DNA from: Takakia lepidozioides
Taxonomy: Eukaryota > Plantae > Bryophyta
NCBI GenBank assembly: GCA_030704615.1
Contig: CM060733.1
Coordinates: 55,862,001-55,926,000, forward strand
Direction: 5' to 3'
Length of the DNA stretch: 64,000 nt
In this document: piece after piece, positions 62,586 to 64,000 of the stretch
Layout of the letters: every line of letters begins with the position of its first letter
How positions within the stretch are numbered: the stretch's first letter is position 1
The notes under the pieces: generated by a model
Databases searched by the model: none
The model's input: only the letters and a program-made list of their open reading frames with translations
Told to the model about the DNA's origin: nothing
Made by a program: the position numbers and the translations under genes

Positions 62586-63050
62586 TCTGATGACAACTCC
62601 TGAAATACTTCGATTTCCGTCCTTACTGATTTCCGATGAAGATCACCCAAATTTTCTTGGGACACCGAGGCATGGGAGGCATGGCCCTTCGTCCTATTTG
62701 TGATTTTGCGAGGTGGCATATGTCCATGGCGCCTGAGGACATCCTCCATAATAGCCTTCTGGCTTGGTGTGAGGGGCCCTTCACCTTCCCCATGCTTCAT
62801 ACAACCATCCACCCTATGCAAGTTTAGTTTTTTTTTATCGGCAAAAAGCATATCACAGTGTATGCATCTGTATTGTCGTCTGTTAGACGCACCAGGTTCA
62901 TCGACCCTTGCCATCATGTAGGCCTCGCATATGAGGGACTCGTATTCATCAGTTTCATAAGTCTCGCAATATTCCCTCCAGTTCTCTATCATTTTGCTCT
63001 CCTTCATCGTGAGTGTTCCGTCTGCCAACAATTGCAGCAACGTGCAAACC
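62585..63050 (-). pseudogene. Zinc-finger (C2HC/C2H2-like) exon abutting the PPR array
   Basis: YRCIHCDMLFADKKKLNLHRVDGC in ORF 62549..63040; tgtag acceptor at ~63050. Confidence 0.55.
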
Positions 63051-64000
63051 TACACAGACAATGTCAAGCATAAATCCACATGCCACTCACTTGCTTGAAC
63101 CCTCAAATTGCCCGCATGGCCATTGAACCCCCCCCCAATACGTCTATGGTGTGCATGTCATTTATACTAAACCCTAAACCCCAAAACAAAATGGAATGAT
63201 TACAGATAATGACATATCTCAGAATGGAGAGTGTTCAGGGCCGCATATGTGCACGTCCCTGGAGCTCGCAAGTGAACTATGGAAACAACAGTCAATCCAG
63301 GTTTGCTCTTTCACATACCAAGCAAATAGAACATGCAACCTGCTCAGATGATTGGTTTTGGATGCTCGATGCAGAACTCACTCACGCGCTAAATCCTGGA
63401 AGAAGAGCACAATCACAATCCGGAGAACACAGAAGAGAAATATCAAGGGATAATAAGGACTTGCACGCAATTGGAGATGAAGCGGTGCAACCATTGAAGA
63501 CGGCCAAAACATCCTGCTTCGTAGCCCAATTGTCCATTCGTGTCCAAAACTGAACCTCCATGGCGGGACGCGGTACGCCAACGCCCTCAAAAATCGACAG
63601 CGACATTTCACGATGGTTGCCAACAACACACCGTCCCGTCTCATTCTACATGCAATGCAATGATATGGATGCAATGGAAGCATGCATGTACCATGGGCAG
63701 GATGAAGGCATGCAGGGGGGATGGGGATGCGGGAGAGGGCATGGCCAGGGCATGCGTCATGTCCCCGCAGCGGGCACATGAGGCGCGGGAGGGTGTGCCG
63801 CGCAGCAGCTTCTGCGCGGTGGATGGAGGTGGGGGTGGGCGGGGGGTCCACGCTGGCTGAACCGGCTCCCTCGCATTCAACTCCAGGGCCCATCTAATGA
63901 TTGGCTTTTTGCTAAGTGGACCTGTGACATCTGCTATATAAGTCAGTTTTCGAACCCTGCCACCTCGTTATTCTCGCCACATGGGGGCTGGGTAGAATTT

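Larger units (their letters stand above)
55912..64000. mobile_element. Pack-MULE-like structure: long inverted repeats enclosing PPR-DYW fragments (right end outside window)
   Basis: 55985-56085 plus 56700-56900 match the reverse complement of ~63700-64000. The left end GGAGATTGCC is MULE-TIR-like. The TSD cannot be checked. Confidence 0.6.

Overview
This is eukaryotic nuclear DNA, inferred to come from a non-seed land plant (moss, liverwort, hornwort or fern-like PLS-PPR-DYW repeats, a chromovirus, GT-AG introns). The first 33 kb is a transposon nest. A chromodomain Ty3/gypsy element is cut in two by a ~6.6 kb inversion (4737-11344). A large Mutator-like element carries a Ulp1 protease gene convergent with a SWIM-type MULE transposase. 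Inserted between those two genes is a fully bounded 9.8 kb DNA transposon (18322-28102) with an 8-bp target-site duplication (TGATGAGC), CCTGGGGGG terminal inverted repeats, and a decayed P-element-like DDE transposase that has C2H2 fingers and an AT-hook instead of THAP. This is the most unusual feature of the window. The 33-56 kb stretch holds apparently intact host genes (5-exon UGT, DUF538, 4-exon DUF179, 3-exon F-box) and a beta-amylase pseudogene. At 55.9-64 kb, long inverted repeats bracket two tail-to-tail decayed PPR-DYW editing-factor genes, a Pack-MULE-like layout whose right end lies just beyond the window. All family assignments are motif recognition by eye; no database searches were run.
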